DNA of 64,000 bases from a virus: IMG/VR virus record IMGVR_UViG_3300005264_000002, positions 12,087-76,086 of that record; one strand, given 5' to 3'. The notes beneath the pieces were generated by a model that was not told the origin of the DNA, ran no database searches, and was given only the letters and a program-made list of their open reading frames with translations. How positions within the stretch are numbered: position 1 is the stretch's first letter; every line of letters starts with the position of its first letter. Shown here piece after piece: positions 1 to 10,138 of the stretch. The position numbers and the translations under genes were made by a program.

Positions 1-1148
1 TGAATTACAGCATGATTATAAGGGATGATTATATGTTCAGGTGAAACTCTTTTCTCTTTTGTGTCAATATGAGCAATTAAAAAAGAATTGGTCCATTTAT
101 CTCTATGAGGGATATATTCAACATTTGTTACTGCCATACATCCAGTTTCTATCCAGGAGCATTTTCCCATAACTAAATTAGTAAAAACTTCTGTTGATGG
201 CCTATGACAATGACCACTTGTTCCAGACATTCCATATCCTAGATCTTTAAAGTGGCCAGCAACAAAGCAATCATAATAAACTCTATAATTTTGTTTTAGT
301 TCATTTTTTACATCATTTTTAGAGAAAGCAGCTAAATCTAATTTGCATATCATATTGATTTGATACTTATCAAGTCCAAAGACATCCGATAATGATAGGC
401 CCATTACATCAGATAATATAACTCTTAGATTAGGAGTCTTTTCAGATAATAGATTTAATATCCTCCATTCATGATTCCCTAATATAAAATCTATTTGAGA
501 ATTTGGACATAATTCCCTTAATGGAGCAAAGATATTTTTCTTAACATAATCAAATCTTTCTACAATTTTCAATTGTCTAACATCTTGAGAGTATCTTGAG
601 CTTTCGTAGCAATCAAAAACATCACCATTTAAGACAATGACATCAGGTTGAATTCTTGCACAAGTATCAATAAATATAGATAAAACAAATTCATCACAGT
701 CAATGTCATGAAAGTCTGAAGCAGAGATAATTGTTTTATATCTATTTTTATTCTTATTTAGTTGATCAAACTTATTATGATAAGGAAGGACTTCTGTTTT
801 ATAAAAGTTTCTAATTTTATCTAAATGAGCTTGTTTAGCAATATCTCTTTCTAGTTGATGTTGTTTTCTTGACAGTTTTAATCCTGCTTGTCTCTTGAAT
901 TCTTCAAAAGTTCCAAAATATCTATTCCAGGTGGAATCTGAATATTTTCCGTTTGCTCTATAAAAGTTTCTTGAGATTGATTGTAGGGGATATTTTTCTT
1001 GGATTCTTCTGAGGTCATTAGTGCATTGTTCTGGAGTAGCTGAGGGGATAAACTTTTTTGTCTTTTCTGATAGTAGGGCTTTTTGTTGAGTTGTTAATTT
1101 TTGTTGTTTTTTGACTTTCTTCTTTACCTTTTCCTTGGCCTTAGTCAT
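1..1148 (-). CDS. Calcineurin-like metallophosphoesterase with basic/helical N-terminal domain (3' end outside the window)
   Basis: Missing from the ORF track because it runs off the edge. Manual translation from ATG 1148 (AAGGA SD upstream): MTKAKEKVKK...YFGTFEEFKRQAGL...SDFHD...NGDVFD...LGNHE...SGHCHR, i.e. the DxH, GDxxD, GNHE and GHxH motifs. Confidence 0.85.
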   Translation of the reverse strand, partial: MTKAKEKVKKKVKKQQKLTTQQKALLSEKTKKFIPSATPEQCTNDLRRIQEKYPLQSISRNFYRANGKYSDSTWNRYFGTFEEFKRQAGLKLSRKQHQLERDIAKQAHLDKIRNFYKTEVLPYHNKFDQLNKNKNRYKTIISASDFHDIDCDEFVLSIFIDTCARIQPDVIVLNGDVFDCYESSRYSQDVRQLKIVERFDYVKKNIFAPLRELCPNSQIDFILGNHEWRILNLLSEKTPNLRVILSDVMGLSLSDVFGLDKYQINMICKLDLAAFSKNDVKNELKQNYRVYYDCFVAGHFKDLGYGMSGTSGHCHRPSTEVFTNLVMGKCSWIETGCMAVTNVEYIPHRDKWTNSFLIAHIDTKEKRVSPEHIIIPYNHAVI

Positions 1149-1240
1149 TTTTACATCCTTTAAAAATGTTTTGTTGTTATCTAATACTTACAATGACTTC
1201 CAAAAAGGCATGGAGATTGATTCAATTACTCAAGTAAAGG

Positions 1241-1255
1241 TTGCTGTATATATAT
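1241..1255 (+). promoter_or_regulatory. Putative late promoter (TTGCTGTATATATAT)
   Basis: Same motif lies upstream of the capsid (5533), tail (13705) and tail-tip (22212) genes. Confidence 0.6.
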
Positions 1256-1328
1256 CTTACCCATCAGTAGAATCTTCAAGAGTTGTAAATATTGAATAGA
1301 TTTAAATTTCATTCAAAAGAGGATTCAA

Positions 1329-4022
1329 ATGTTTAACAGATTCGTCAAAAAAAATAATGCAGATAAAATTCTTCCTTCTCCAGAATCTCAAGAATTAAAG
1401 AAAATGAGGATTGAAGTTGATGAGCTTCAAATCAAATTAGATGATGAGTATGAAGAGTCATTGGCCCTAGACAATTATTACACTAAGGATACATTATCTA
1501 GCTCACATGCTGGAAGTTCAGCTAATTATGATGTAGTTGATGAGGATATCGATTTAAGGACTCTCCAAGCTTTATATGCTTCTGAAGGATGGTTTTATAT
1601 TGTTGTTCAGGCAATTACTAAAGCTATAATCTCCCTCCCTATGAAAATGGAAAAGAAGAAAATCACCAGTGAAGAGGTTGAATTGCCTAATGGTGATACT
1701 GAAGAAGTTAAGAATGAAATTTGGGTAGAAGCTAATGGAGAACCTGAATTTGATCTTTTTCAACATCCTAATGATATGCAGGGAGCATTAGAATTCTTTA
1801 TGTTAGTTATCATTGATTTTCTTACTCTAGGAAATACCTATATATGGATTGATAGGGGAGAAGGTGGAATTGAAGTTGATAGACCAACGGCAAGACTCCA
1901 AGAGGCAATGAGAAGACATGGACATGGTATAAATGGAATCTATAGAATGAATGCGTCCCTTATAGAACCATTAATAGAAGATAAAGAGTTTGGAATATCT
2001 GCTTATGGCCTAATGTCAGCAGAGGGATATATAAGATTTGAAGCTAGTGAAATGCTACATATTAAAATGCCTCATCCTGGTAATGCTTTTATTGGATTGT
2101 CCCCAATTGTTCCTGTTCTTAAGAATGTTTTAATAGATAGATTTACCAGTGAGCACATGATTAGATTCTATAAGCAAGGTGCTAGACTTGGTGGAGTAAT
2201 TAAAACATCTAAGAAGTTAACTAAAAATCAAATAACCAGATTAACTAGAAATTTTGAATCTAAGTTTTCGGGTAAAAAAAATCACCATAAAACTCTTATC
2301 CTTCCTGAGGGTATGGAGTATGAAATAATAGAGGCCAATCCAGGTGAAACATCCCTCATTGAATTTAGTAAATTTAATAAAGAACCTATTCTTAGCACTT
2401 ATTCTGTGCCTCCTGTTCGAGTTGGTCTTTTAGATGGGGCAACTTATGCAAATGCACTGATTCAAGATAAGTCCTTTTGGGAAAATGCTGTTAAACCTGT
2501 AACTATGCTTTTACAGGATGGCTTTAGTAATTCAGGCAAGATAATTAAAAGAGAGAGAAGATTAAGAATTCGTTGGGATCTTTCAGATGTTGAAGCTCTC
2601 CAAGAGAATCTAAAAGATAAAGTTGAAATAGGTAAAGGATTAGGCGAAAGTGGTTGGTCAATTGATGAAATTAGAGAAAAACATTGGAAGCTAACTAAAT
2701 TAGGAGGAGATAGAGGAGGAAATCTTATCCCATTAGTTGAGAGGACTAAAAGGCCAGAAGGATTTAGGAATTTACAATTATCTGCTCCTGGGACTGAAGA
2801 AAAAACTCAGCCGGCCAATGCTCAACCAGATCAAGAAACGGTTAGTGATGTAACTCCTACAGATCAGACTTTTGAACAAAGAGTTGGAGAGTTAACATCA
2901 ATTAATATTGCTTCTGGGCTTTCTCCTGCAATAGCTGCTCAAGAAGCTGTTACTAGAACATTAGCAGAAGGATTATTACCAGGAGTCTCTCCAGAAGTCT
3001 CTACTGTTGAAAATAATGAAGATCCTCAAAATGATACATCAACTAATGAATCGGAAAATGATTCCGAAGCAGAAGAAAATGAGGATGGAGAAGATAAAAC
3101 TGATGGAGAAGATGAACCAAATAAAATTCTTTCTCTTCCTGGTATGGATCAAGACACTCTCCAAAATACAGTTAAGGCCCTAACTGGTGAAGGTGTTGAT
3201 GGATTAATTAAAGATAAATTTGAAGAGACTAAAAGCACTTTTGGTAGAATGGAGAAAATCTTTCAAGAAGCTGCGAAATCTATTGTAACTGATAAGAGTG
3301 GAAGGATAAATAAGCGTAAACATCTAATAAAAAGCTTAAGAAATAAAGCTGATGGAGATGATGGACTCCCAACAGGGAAAGATATTGCTAAATTTGCTGA
3401 AAAAGAAGCTTCTGATCATCCAAGTTCAGTTGACATTAAAGCAATGGAAGTCGGCCATTCAAATACAATAACAACTCATTCTTTGACTTTTCCTAATGAA
3501 GAGGCTTTAGAATCCATAGAATCAGAAGCAGCTAAGAAAATTGTAGGGATAACTGACACAACTAAAGATCAAATAAGAAGTGTTATTGCTGATGCTTTTA
3601 GTCAACAGGCCACTCCTCAACAATTGGCCGATATGATTTCAGATAAGTTTTCTCAGATAATGACTTATAAGGGTCGAGCAATGACAATTGCTAGGACTGA
3701 AACTCTTTCAGCAGTTAGTGAAGGTCAAGAGATAAAAAAGAACCAATTTCTTGAAGAACTTCCAGAATTATCAGATGAGTTAATGAAGGCCTGGATGAAT
3801 GCAAATGATTCCGATGTTAGGGATAGCCATATCAAAACAGGAGATGAGGGGCCGATTCCTCATGATGAAAAATTCTCTAATGGTCTTATGCATCCAAGAG
3901 AAAGAGGGGCCAAGGCCAAAGAAGTAGTTAATTGTCGATGTACAGTTATTTATTTCCATAAAGCAGAACAAGAAGAAATTGAGGAAACTTTAGCTGATGA
4001 TTTAATTCCATCAATAATTTAA
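1329..4022 (+). CDS. HK97-family portal protein fused via an acidic linker to a MuF/SPP1 gp7-like head morphogenesis domain
   Basis: Portal motifs (GNTYIWI, GLSPI, FYKQGARLGGVI, YSVPPVRVG, ATYANA); C-terminal RAMTIARTET...W...D.DVRDSH...NCRCT is typical of MuF. Confidence 0.9.
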   Translation: MFNRFVKKNNADKILPSPESQELKKMRIEVDELQIKLDDEYEESLALDNYYTKDTLSSSHAGSSANYDVVDEDIDLRTLQALYASEGWFYIVVQAITKAIISLPMKMEKKKITSEEVELPNGDTEEVKNEIWVEANGEPEFDLFQHPNDMQGALEFFMLVIIDFLTLGNTYIWIDRGEGGIEVDRPTARLQEAMRRHGHGINGIYRMNASLIEPLIEDKEFGISAYGLMSAEGYIRFEASEMLHIKMPHPGNAFIGLSPIVPVLKNVLIDRFTSEHMIRFYKQGARLGGVIKTSKKLTKNQITRLTRNFESKFSGKKNHHKTLILPEGMEYEIIEANPGETSLIEFSKFNKEPILSTYSVPPVRVGLLDGATYANALIQDKSFWENAVKPVTMLLQDGFSNSGKIIKRERRLRIRWDLSDVEALQENLKDKVEIGKGLGESGWSIDEIREKHWKLTKLGGDRGGNLIPLVERTKRPEGFRNLQLSAPGTEEKTQPANAQPDQETVSDVTPTDQTFEQRVGELTSINIASGLSPAIAAQEAVTRTLAEGLLPGVSPEVSTVENNEDPQNDTSTNESENDSEAEENEDGEDKTDGEDEPNKILSLPGMDQDTLQNTVKALTGEGVDGLIKDKFEETKSTFGRMEKIFQEAAKSIVTDKSGRINKRKHLIKSLRNKADGDDGLPTGKDIAKFAEKEASDHPSSVDIKAMEVGHSNTITTHSLTFPNEEALESIESEAAKKIVGITDTTKDQIRSVIADAFSQQATPQQLADMISDKFSQIMTYKGRAMTIARTETLSAVSEGQEIKKNQFLEELPELSDELMKAWMNANDSDVRDSHIKTGDEGPIPHDEKFSNGLMHPRERGAKAKEVVNCRCTVIYFHKAEQEEIEETLADDLIPSII

Positions 4023-4078
4023 AAATATATGAAAATCAAAGTTGTAAATATGTTGTAAGTATCAATTAAGAGGAATTT

Positions 4079-4969
4079 ATGTTTAAAAAAAATAAATCGT
4101 TTATCCGTAAAAATACTAATCCCCAAAACATGAAGCGTTTGGATTGTCCTATCGTTTGGGATGCTAAAAGCATTAAGAAAAATGCTAGTGGCAAATTAAC
4201 AATTAAAGGATATGCCAATACAAAAGATCGTGATCGTGTTGGTGATGTAGTTCTTCCTGAAGCATTTGCCAAACAATTGTCTGAATTTATGGAGAATCCC
4301 ATTCTTCTCTATATGCATGATTGGGATCGTCCTTGTGGGAAGGTCATTAAAGCTGAGATTGATGAGAAAGGATTATTGATTGAAGCAGAAATAACCAATG
4401 CAAAATCAGCAGAAGACATTCGAGAAATGGTTAAAGATGGAACTCTTAAAACTTTTTCTATCGGATATAATGAACTTGATGCAGATTGGGACAAAGAAAC
4501 TGCAACAAATTATGTTAAAGAATTAGAATTATTAGAGATATCAATTGTAACCATTCCTTGTAATACCCAAGCAAAATTTGAAGTTAAACCAGATGATAAT
4601 GAAGAAGAAGCGGAAGATGATAGCGAAGGGAAATCTGCACCTAAAAAAGTTAAAACTTCTGATGATGTGATTGTTGAGCTTAATGATACAGCTTATGATT
4701 TTATTGTTGAAAAAATCAATAATTCGATTAATGAAGGGAAAACCATTACTAAAAATCTTATGAAAGAATTTGAGATGGAATTTTGCTCAACAAAAAAAGG
4801 AAAAGTGGCCCAAACAAAAGCTGTTATCACTGAAGATCAAGCTGAGTTTATGTCCCAAATGCTTAACATGATGGAATCAAATGAAGAAGTCGATTCTGAA
4901 TTAATAATAGATATTTCAAAAGCTTATGATCATTTGAAAGATAATGAATCAGACTTAATAGAAAAATAA
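4079..4969 (+). CDS. HK97-family prohead protease
   Basis: IKGYA..DRVGDVV, LYMHD, FSIGY, LLEISIVTIPCN motifs; position after portal. Confidence 0.92.
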   Translation: MFKKNKSFIRKNTNPQNMKRLDCPIVWDAKSIKKNASGKLTIKGYANTKDRDRVGDVVLPEAFAKQLSEFMENPILLYMHDWDRPCGKVIKAEIDEKGLLIEAEITNAKSAEDIREMVKDGTLKTFSIGYNELDADWDKETATNYVKELELLEISIVTIPCNTQAKFEVKPDDNEEEAEDDSEGKSAPKKVKTSDDVIVELNDTAYDFIVEKINNSINEGKTITKNLMKEFEMEFCSTKKGKVAQTKAVITEDQAEFMSQMLNMMESNEEVDSELIIDISKAYDHLKDNESDLIEK

Positions 4970-4999
4970 TTAACAATATTTTCATAGGAGAAAATTATT

Positions 5000-5509
5000 A
5001 TGAAACTAAAAAAGAAGGCCCTAAAAGATCTAGTTCTTAAATTACGTGGAAAATCTGTTGATCCAACTCCAGAAGATGAAACCAAAACTCCAGAAGAAAT
5101 TGCTGCTGAAGAGGCTGCAAAAGCTTGTGATGAAGATGATAAAGAAGAAGACGATAAATCTGTTGATTCAACTGAAGAAAATACAGAAGACAAAGTTGAT
5201 GTTGAAGGAGATGAAGAAGATCCTGCAATGGGAGCTTTAAAAGTTCTTACTGAAAAAGTTGATTTGATGATGGATGGCCTGGCAACTGTTTTAGAAATGC
5301 TTGAAGGCTCTAAGGCTGAAGATTCTGAAGAAGAGGATTCTGAAGAAGATGACATGGATTCAGAAGATGAAGATAAAACTGATGATGAAGATTCTAAAGA
5401 TGAGGATGAAGAAGATAAAACTTTGGATGAATTATCTGATGAAGAAGCTTTAAAAGTTCTTGAAGATCTTGATGAGCAACTTGAAGAAATAGAGGAAGGA
5501 GCCGTTTAG
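5000..5509 (+). CDS. Highly acidic protein, probable scaffold/internal head protein
   Basis: D/E-rich, lies between protease and capsid, AGGAG SD. Confidence 0.55.
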   Translation: MKLKKKALKDLVLKLRGKSVDPTPEDETKTPEEIAAEEAAKACDEDDKEEDDKSVDSTEENTEDKVDVEGDEEDPAMGALKVLTEKVDLMMDGLATVLEMLEGSKAEDSEEEDSEEDDMDSEDEDKTDDEDSKDEDEEDKTLDELSDEEALKVLEDLDEQLEEIEEGAV

Positions 5510-5532
5510 GCTCCTCTCTTAGTTATAAATTG

Positions 5533-5547
5533 TTGGTGTATATATAT
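5533..5547 (+). promoter_or_regulatory. Putative late promoter (TTGGTGTATATATAT)
   Basis: Identical 15-mer at 13705; intergenic, upstream of capsid. Confidence 0.65.
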
Positions 5548-5603
5548 CCTGTGAAGTGAATATGCTAAAAATTGTTGAATAAATATCTAAGGAGAAAAGA
5601 CAA

Positions 5604-7019
5604 ATGAAACCTGAATTAAAAAAAGCTATCCTTGAAGCTAGAAAAACTCTTAAAACAGCTAAAGCTAACGCTGCTTTCGCAACTAAAAAGCCAGGGCAAA
5701 CTGGAACTAAAGGTTCAATGCCAGAAGTTGCCAAGAAATTTCTTGGAAAATTTTCTTGTAAATCTTTCCAAGAATTGATGAAAGTTGATACTTCATCTAA
5801 GAAGTTTTCTTATCTAGGTGATGAAGAAATAGAGAGAGTAAAAGGTCTTAAAGAAAGCGTAGATACTTGTGTTATCGCTGCTGAACTAATTAAATTTGTT
5901 GAGAGTGACGGTAAAGATCGTTCAGTAGCAAAGAGCGATGTTAAAAACTCAAAATATTATCAAGAAGAGCTACTTCCTCAGCTTAAAGCTTTTGGTATCG
6001 ATTCAGGTGATGATGGTTATGAGTGGATTCCTGAAATGGTATCAACTTCTTATATCGATGAATTTAATTTGGATAGAAAAGTTTCTGGACTTTTCCAAGA
6101 AATCCGTATGCCATCAAATCCTTATCGTTTTCCTGTTTTAACTCAAGGTGCAATTGCTCGTAGAGTTGGAACTGTTACAGCTTTAAGTCCTTCACAAGCT
6201 TTCAAAACTGATAAGACAATCCTTTTTGAAGCTGTGAAATTGACTAATCAATATGAGCTACCAGAAGAGTTGAATGAAGATTCTGCTCCTGATATCGTAA
6301 AAGTAATCAGACAAGAGCTTATTGAAGGTCAAGAAAAAGCAATTGAAATTGCAATCCTTGAAGGGGATACTTCTGATCCTCATCAACATTCTTTTTCTCA
6401 ATTGGCTGATCTTCCTGCTGGTACAGCTCTTGGAGCACTTCCAAATCAAGATGATTCTCCAGAGCGTGTTTTCGATGGTCTAAGAGTTAGAGCTTTGGCC
6501 GCTGGTGCTACTGCAATTGTTGACGCTGGTGCAAACACTCTTTCAGAAACAGAAATGAGTGAAGCAAGAGCTAAAATGGGCAAATTTGGAGTAGATCCTT
6601 CTCAACTTGTTTGGCTTTTTGGTCCAAAAGGATACAATCAAGCTCTACAACTTGATGATGTAAGAACTCTTGAGCAGTATGGGCCAAAAGCTCCTGTTCT
6701 TACTGGAGAGCTTGCAAAATATGAAGGTGCTCCAGTAGTTGTTTCTGAGTATCTAAGAGAAGACACAGACGCAACAGGTGTTAATGGTGCAGTTCCTGCT
6801 AACAACATTAAATTATCTGTTATCTGCGTAAATAGAAAGAGATTCTTTGTTGGATTGAGAAGAGGACTTCAAGTTAAAGTTGAGAATAACAGAACTCAAT
6901 ATGATGTACTTGACATGGTATCTTTCCAAAGAAAAGCTTTCCAAGCTGTTCTTAAGGCCGATGGATCAAATTATGCTGCAGAAAGTTCAGTATCTTTGAT
7001 CTACAATATCGGAGCTTAA
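5604..7019 (+). CDS. Major capsid protein (HK97 fold)
   Basis: GYEWIPEMVS..I, ELPEELNEDS, AILEGD, YEGAPVVVSE motifs; strong SD; followed by a terminator. Confidence 0.9.
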   Translation: MKPELKKAILEARKTLKTAKANAAFATKKPGQTGTKGSMPEVAKKFLGKFSCKSFQELMKVDTSSKKFSYLGDEEIERVKGLKESVDTCVIAAELIKFVESDGKDRSVAKSDVKNSKYYQEELLPQLKAFGIDSGDDGYEWIPEMVSTSYIDEFNLDRKVSGLFQEIRMPSNPYRFPVLTQGAIARRVGTVTALSPSQAFKTDKTILFEAVKLTNQYELPEELNEDSAPDIVKVIRQELIEGQEKAIEIAILEGDTSDPHQHSFSQLADLPAGTALGALPNQDDSPERVFDGLRVRALAAGATAIVDAGANTLSETEMSEARAKMGKFGVDPSQLVWLFGPKGYNQALQLDDVRTLEQYGPKAPVLTGELAKYEGAPVVVSEYLREDTDATGVNGAVPANNIKLSVICVNRKRFFVGLRRGLQVKVENNRTQYDVLDMVSFQRKAFQAVLKADGSNYAAESSVSLIYNIGA

Positions 7020-7048
7020 TAAAAAAGCTGGGCGATTGTGTTAAACCT

Positions 7049-7081
7049 AAAAGGGGAGGGGTCAAATCCTTCCCTTTTTTT
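7049..7081 (+). terminator. Intrinsic terminator after capsid
   Basis: AAAAGGGGAGGG-gtcaaa-TCCTTCCCTTTT hairpin followed by a T-tract. Confidence 0.8.
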
Positions 7082-7093
7082 GTATAGGAGAGA

Positions 7094-7330
7094 ATGATGA
7101 TTAAAATAATTGGTGATTTAAATAAAGCAAAAAAAGCTCTTGGAACTAATGTAGAACTTTATAATGGTCAATTACTTAAAGGTAATGAAAAAAAGATGAA
7201 AGCTCTTTGTCAAAAATATCCTAATTTATTTTCTTGGGAAGGAGATGATTGGTCGGCCAATATGAAGAAAGCTCCATCTAAAAATAAAATGATGGATAAA
7301 TCTAAAGCAAAATCTAAAAAAGTTAAATAA
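7094..7330 (+). CDS. Small Lys-rich protein after capsid
   Basis: AGGAG SD, basic C-terminus. Confidence 0.7.
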   Translation: MMIKIIGDLNKAKKALGTNVELYNGQLLKGNEKKMKALCQKYPNLFSWEGDDWSANMKKAPSKNKMMDKSKAKSKKVK

Positions 7331-7361
7331 AGGGGCCGGCCCTTTACCATAAGGGGTTAAT

Positions 7362-8216
7362 ATGGCCGTAAAATATGCTAAAAAATTGCAGATGTTTAAC
7401 TCTCATGTTCTCCAAACCAGGGAGAATTTTGGGGGTCAAGCTTTTTCTGATTTTGAATTAGTTACCGGATCTCGTTTAGTCTGGGCCTTATCAATTAAAA
7501 CTATTGATCCTGGAGCTTCAATAGTTGTTAACATTAAGAATGGATTTACTAGAGATTTTCCTTTTGAAACTATTTTAAATATTACAGGAAATGCTGCTGG
7601 ATTCTATAAAAAAGTTTTAACAGATACACATAATTTATTTGATGTAGATGTAACAGTTGTTGGAGGAAATGCTACCTATGCTTTAGGCGTTTCTATTTCA
7701 GACAATGCTCTAACTACCAGGATTGAAAACGCTGAAATTGCTGTTGATTTGAATCATATCCTTCAATCAAATGGAGAGTATGATTCTGTTAGAATTGGAG
7801 ATGGGGTTGAAGAATTAGAAATTAATCCTGATGGATCTATTAATGTAAATATTGTTAATACTTCCGTTGTTCCAGAGATAGTAAGGCCAGTTTTCAATAA
7901 AATTACTAGCGTAGTAGATTCAATAAGAAGTTCCATTGTTTCTCATACTGCAAGTTTAACTAAACAGACTTATCTTCAATTTATATCTGTTAGCGGAAAT
8001 AATATTGCTGATTATGAGCTGGAAATTAATAGCAGTGTAATTGATGAGAGGAATACTTATTTTGGTGGCCCATTATCTGAGCAATTTGAATTTAACGCTT
8101 ATTCTGAAAATGGGATGCTAATTACTCCAGGTCAGAAAATAGAAGTATTTTCTACTCATTATCGATCAGATTTAGGTGATTTTAGCTCTAGGATACAAAT
8201 ATTGGAAGTTGGATAA
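7362..8216 (+). CDS. Putative virion (head decoration/fibre) protein
   Basis: Beta-rich, located in head module; function inferred from context. Confidence 0.55.
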   Translation: MAVKYAKKLQMFNSHVLQTRENFGGQAFSDFELVTGSRLVWALSIKTIDPGASIVVNIKNGFTRDFPFETILNITGNAAGFYKKVLTDTHNLFDVDVTVVGGNATYALGVSISDNALTTRIENAEIAVDLNHILQSNGEYDSVRIGDGVEELEINPDGSINVNIVNTSVVPEIVRPVFNKITSVVDSIRSSIVSHTASLTKQTYLQFISVSGNNIADYELEINSSVIDERNTYFGGPLSEQFEFNAYSENGMLITPGQKIEVFSTHYRSDLGDFSSRIQILEVG

Positions 8217-8244
8217 AATTGTATATATAGAACAGGAGGGGATT

Positions 8245-8421
8245 ATGAGTTTAGAGAAAAAGAAAAAAGAAGCTGAGATAATGCGTATGAGATCCAATAT
8301 CTTAGATGCAGAAGTTCAGATTGAAGAGAGAAAAGAAGAAATCCAAAGAATTGGAAATAAAATAGAAACTTTTAACAATAGAATAGAAGTTCTTGAAAAA
8401 GAACTTATAAAGGGGAAGTAA
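8245..8421 (+). CDS. Small coiled-coil protein (start revised from 8176 to ATG 8245)
   Basis: GGAGG SD before ATG 8245; heptad pattern; preceded by TGTATATATA. Confidence 0.7.
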   Translation: MSLEKKKKEAEIMRMRSNILDAEVQIEERKEEIQRIGNKIETFNNRIEVLEKELIKGK

Positions 8422-8422
8422 A

Positions 8423-9232
8423 ATGAGTGATAATAAAAGAGGCCTACCTGTTAGAACCCAAGAAGATCCTGACTTAAAAGTCCAGGTGAAACTTGTTGAT
8501 TATGATACTCCATCTCAAGGGATGGAAGTCGATACTGATAAAAATGCACATGTTGAAGTTCATGGAAATCAGCCAACAACAAATAATGATATAGCTCTTC
8601 AATTATCTGAAGAGGGAAGAGTAAATGGTAATGGTGACTATGATGTGTCCACCAACACAAAGCCTGCCTCTTGTGCTCCAATTATGCATGATAGGAAGGA
8701 TACCGCTGAGACTCCTTCAGAGACAGATCAAAATTTGCGTCCTACTGGTGTAACTTATGATAATGGTGTTGATGAAACTATTGTCGCTCAAGATGTTGCC
8801 ATTAGAGATGAAGATGGTGTCCCATATTCTAAAGATAATCCAATGCCTGTTGCCCTTGAAGAGTCTGAAGGTGAAGAGATCCATGATTATTTCGAGCATG
8901 TAGATGTTGTTAAAAATGGTGCAACATCTACTCATACATTTTCAGTAGTAAATGGTAAAACATTATCATTAGATCAAGTTCTTTGTGACGGTTCATTAGC
9001 TCATTCAATGAAGTTAGAAATTGGCGATGGTGGAGCTACTGAAACATTTGTCTCAAAAGCAAATAGATTCGCTTCAGAAGCCAATGATAATGCTGATGTT
9101 GAATTTAAAAGATCATTAAAAGTTATTGGAACTGTAAATAATACAACAGTAAAAGTGACAGTAACAAATAGAGATAAACATGATGATGTCTCTATTTACA
9201 CGACTATTGTTGGATTGCTACATAATACTTAA
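8423..9232 (+). CDS. Putative virion structural protein
   Basis: Tightly coupled in head operon; beta-rich C-terminal domain. Confidence 0.55.
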   Translation: MSDNKRGLPVRTQEDPDLKVQVKLVDYDTPSQGMEVDTDKNAHVEVHGNQPTTNNDIALQLSEEGRVNGNGDYDVSTNTKPASCAPIMHDRKDTAETPSETDQNLRPTGVTYDNGVDETIVAQDVAIRDEDGVPYSKDNPMPVALEESEGEEIHDYFEHVDVVKNGATSTHTFSVVNGKTLSLDQVLCDGSLAHSMKLEIGDGGATETFVSKANRFASEANDNADVEFKRSLKVIGTVNNTTVKVTVTNRDKHDDVSIYTTIVGLLHNT

Positions 9233-9243
9233 GAGGCCTTAAA

Positions 9244-9618
9244 ATGGGTGATGCAACTAGAGAAAAGGCCAGTACCACTAATAGGATTATTGGCCCCAAT
9301 GAAGATAATGAAGCTCTTGTTAGTGATAATCAGGAGCTTCATATTCGTGACACTCATGACAATGGTGGTTTAGATGCTATTATTGATCTAACAACTACTC
9401 CAATTGAAGGGAAAGTTGGAGCTACTACAAAAACAGAAAGAAAGTATGTAATAATGGAGGCCCTAGACACAAATGTCGTTTGGGGCTTTTCTAATACTAC
9501 GCAATCTTTCGATTTATTTAAAAATCAATTGATTATGGTTCCAGTAGGACCAAATACAGAAGTTTGGTTTAAAATGAAATCTAGTACAGGTCAAGTTGCT
9601 TTTGGGGAGTTAAGTTAA
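9244..9618 (+). CDS. Hypothetical protein, probably virion-associated
   Basis: ORF with SD, TAATG-coupled to next gene. Confidence 0.6.
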   Translation: MGDATREKASTTNRIIGPNEDNEALVSDNQELHIRDTHDNGGLDAIIDLTTTPIEGKVGATTKTERKYVIMEALDTNVVWGFSNTTQSFDLFKNQLIMVPVGPNTEVWFKMKSSTGQVAFGELS

Positions 9619-10124
9619 TGGCCGGTCCTTTTACAACTCCTGTTGCATTTTCTACTCCATTCCTTTCTGAGCCTGAAAGAAGCAATGGTTTTGTATCTAA
9701 AAATGTTCAAGAAGCAATTGAAGAATGTTTAGCTTTGGCCTTAGCTAATGATAGATTCTTGGTATTGGCAAAATATAATGGTAAGGCAAATATAGGAAGA
9801 CACCTTGAATTTTATAGTAGGATCAGTAGCGATGATGCACCATTATATATGAATGGTGGTGCTAATATTTTGGCCATAATAGGAGCAACTACCGCAGCTA
9901 ATGCAACATGTAAAATTGGTTTTTTTGATAAAAATGTGAGTGAAACTGTACCACTTTATGAGATTGAATTTAGTAATGAAAAGAAGGTTGAATACTTAGG
10001 TTCTGTCTTAGTGCCGTTATTCACAATTGATGCATCTGGAGAATTAGTCGTAAGAGTGACTTCAGGCTCAATAAATAAACCACACTTACAAGTGACATTT
10101 AGTTCAAATGTTAGTTCTCCATAA
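9618..10124 (+). CDS. Putative fibre-like virion protein
   Basis: GFVSKNVQEAIEE segment resembles phage fibre shaft motifs. Confidence 0.5.
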   Translation: MAGPFTTPVAFSTPFLSEPERSNGFVSKNVQEAIEECLALALANDRFLVLAKYNGKANIGRHLEFYSRISSDDAPLYMNGGANILAIIGATTAANATCKIGFFDKNVSETVPLYEIEFSNEKKVEYLGSVLVPLFTIDASGELVVRVTSGSINKPHLQVTFSSNVSSP

Positions 10125-10138
10125 TAAAGGATTTTTAA

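Noticed and set aside
1111-1299. 62-aa + strand ORF
   Set aside because: Overlaps the start of the minus-strand phosphoesterase and the divergent promoter region; no SD; TTG start
1-6000. GATC over-representation
   Set aside because: About 20 sites counted in the first 6 kb versus about 18 expected from composition
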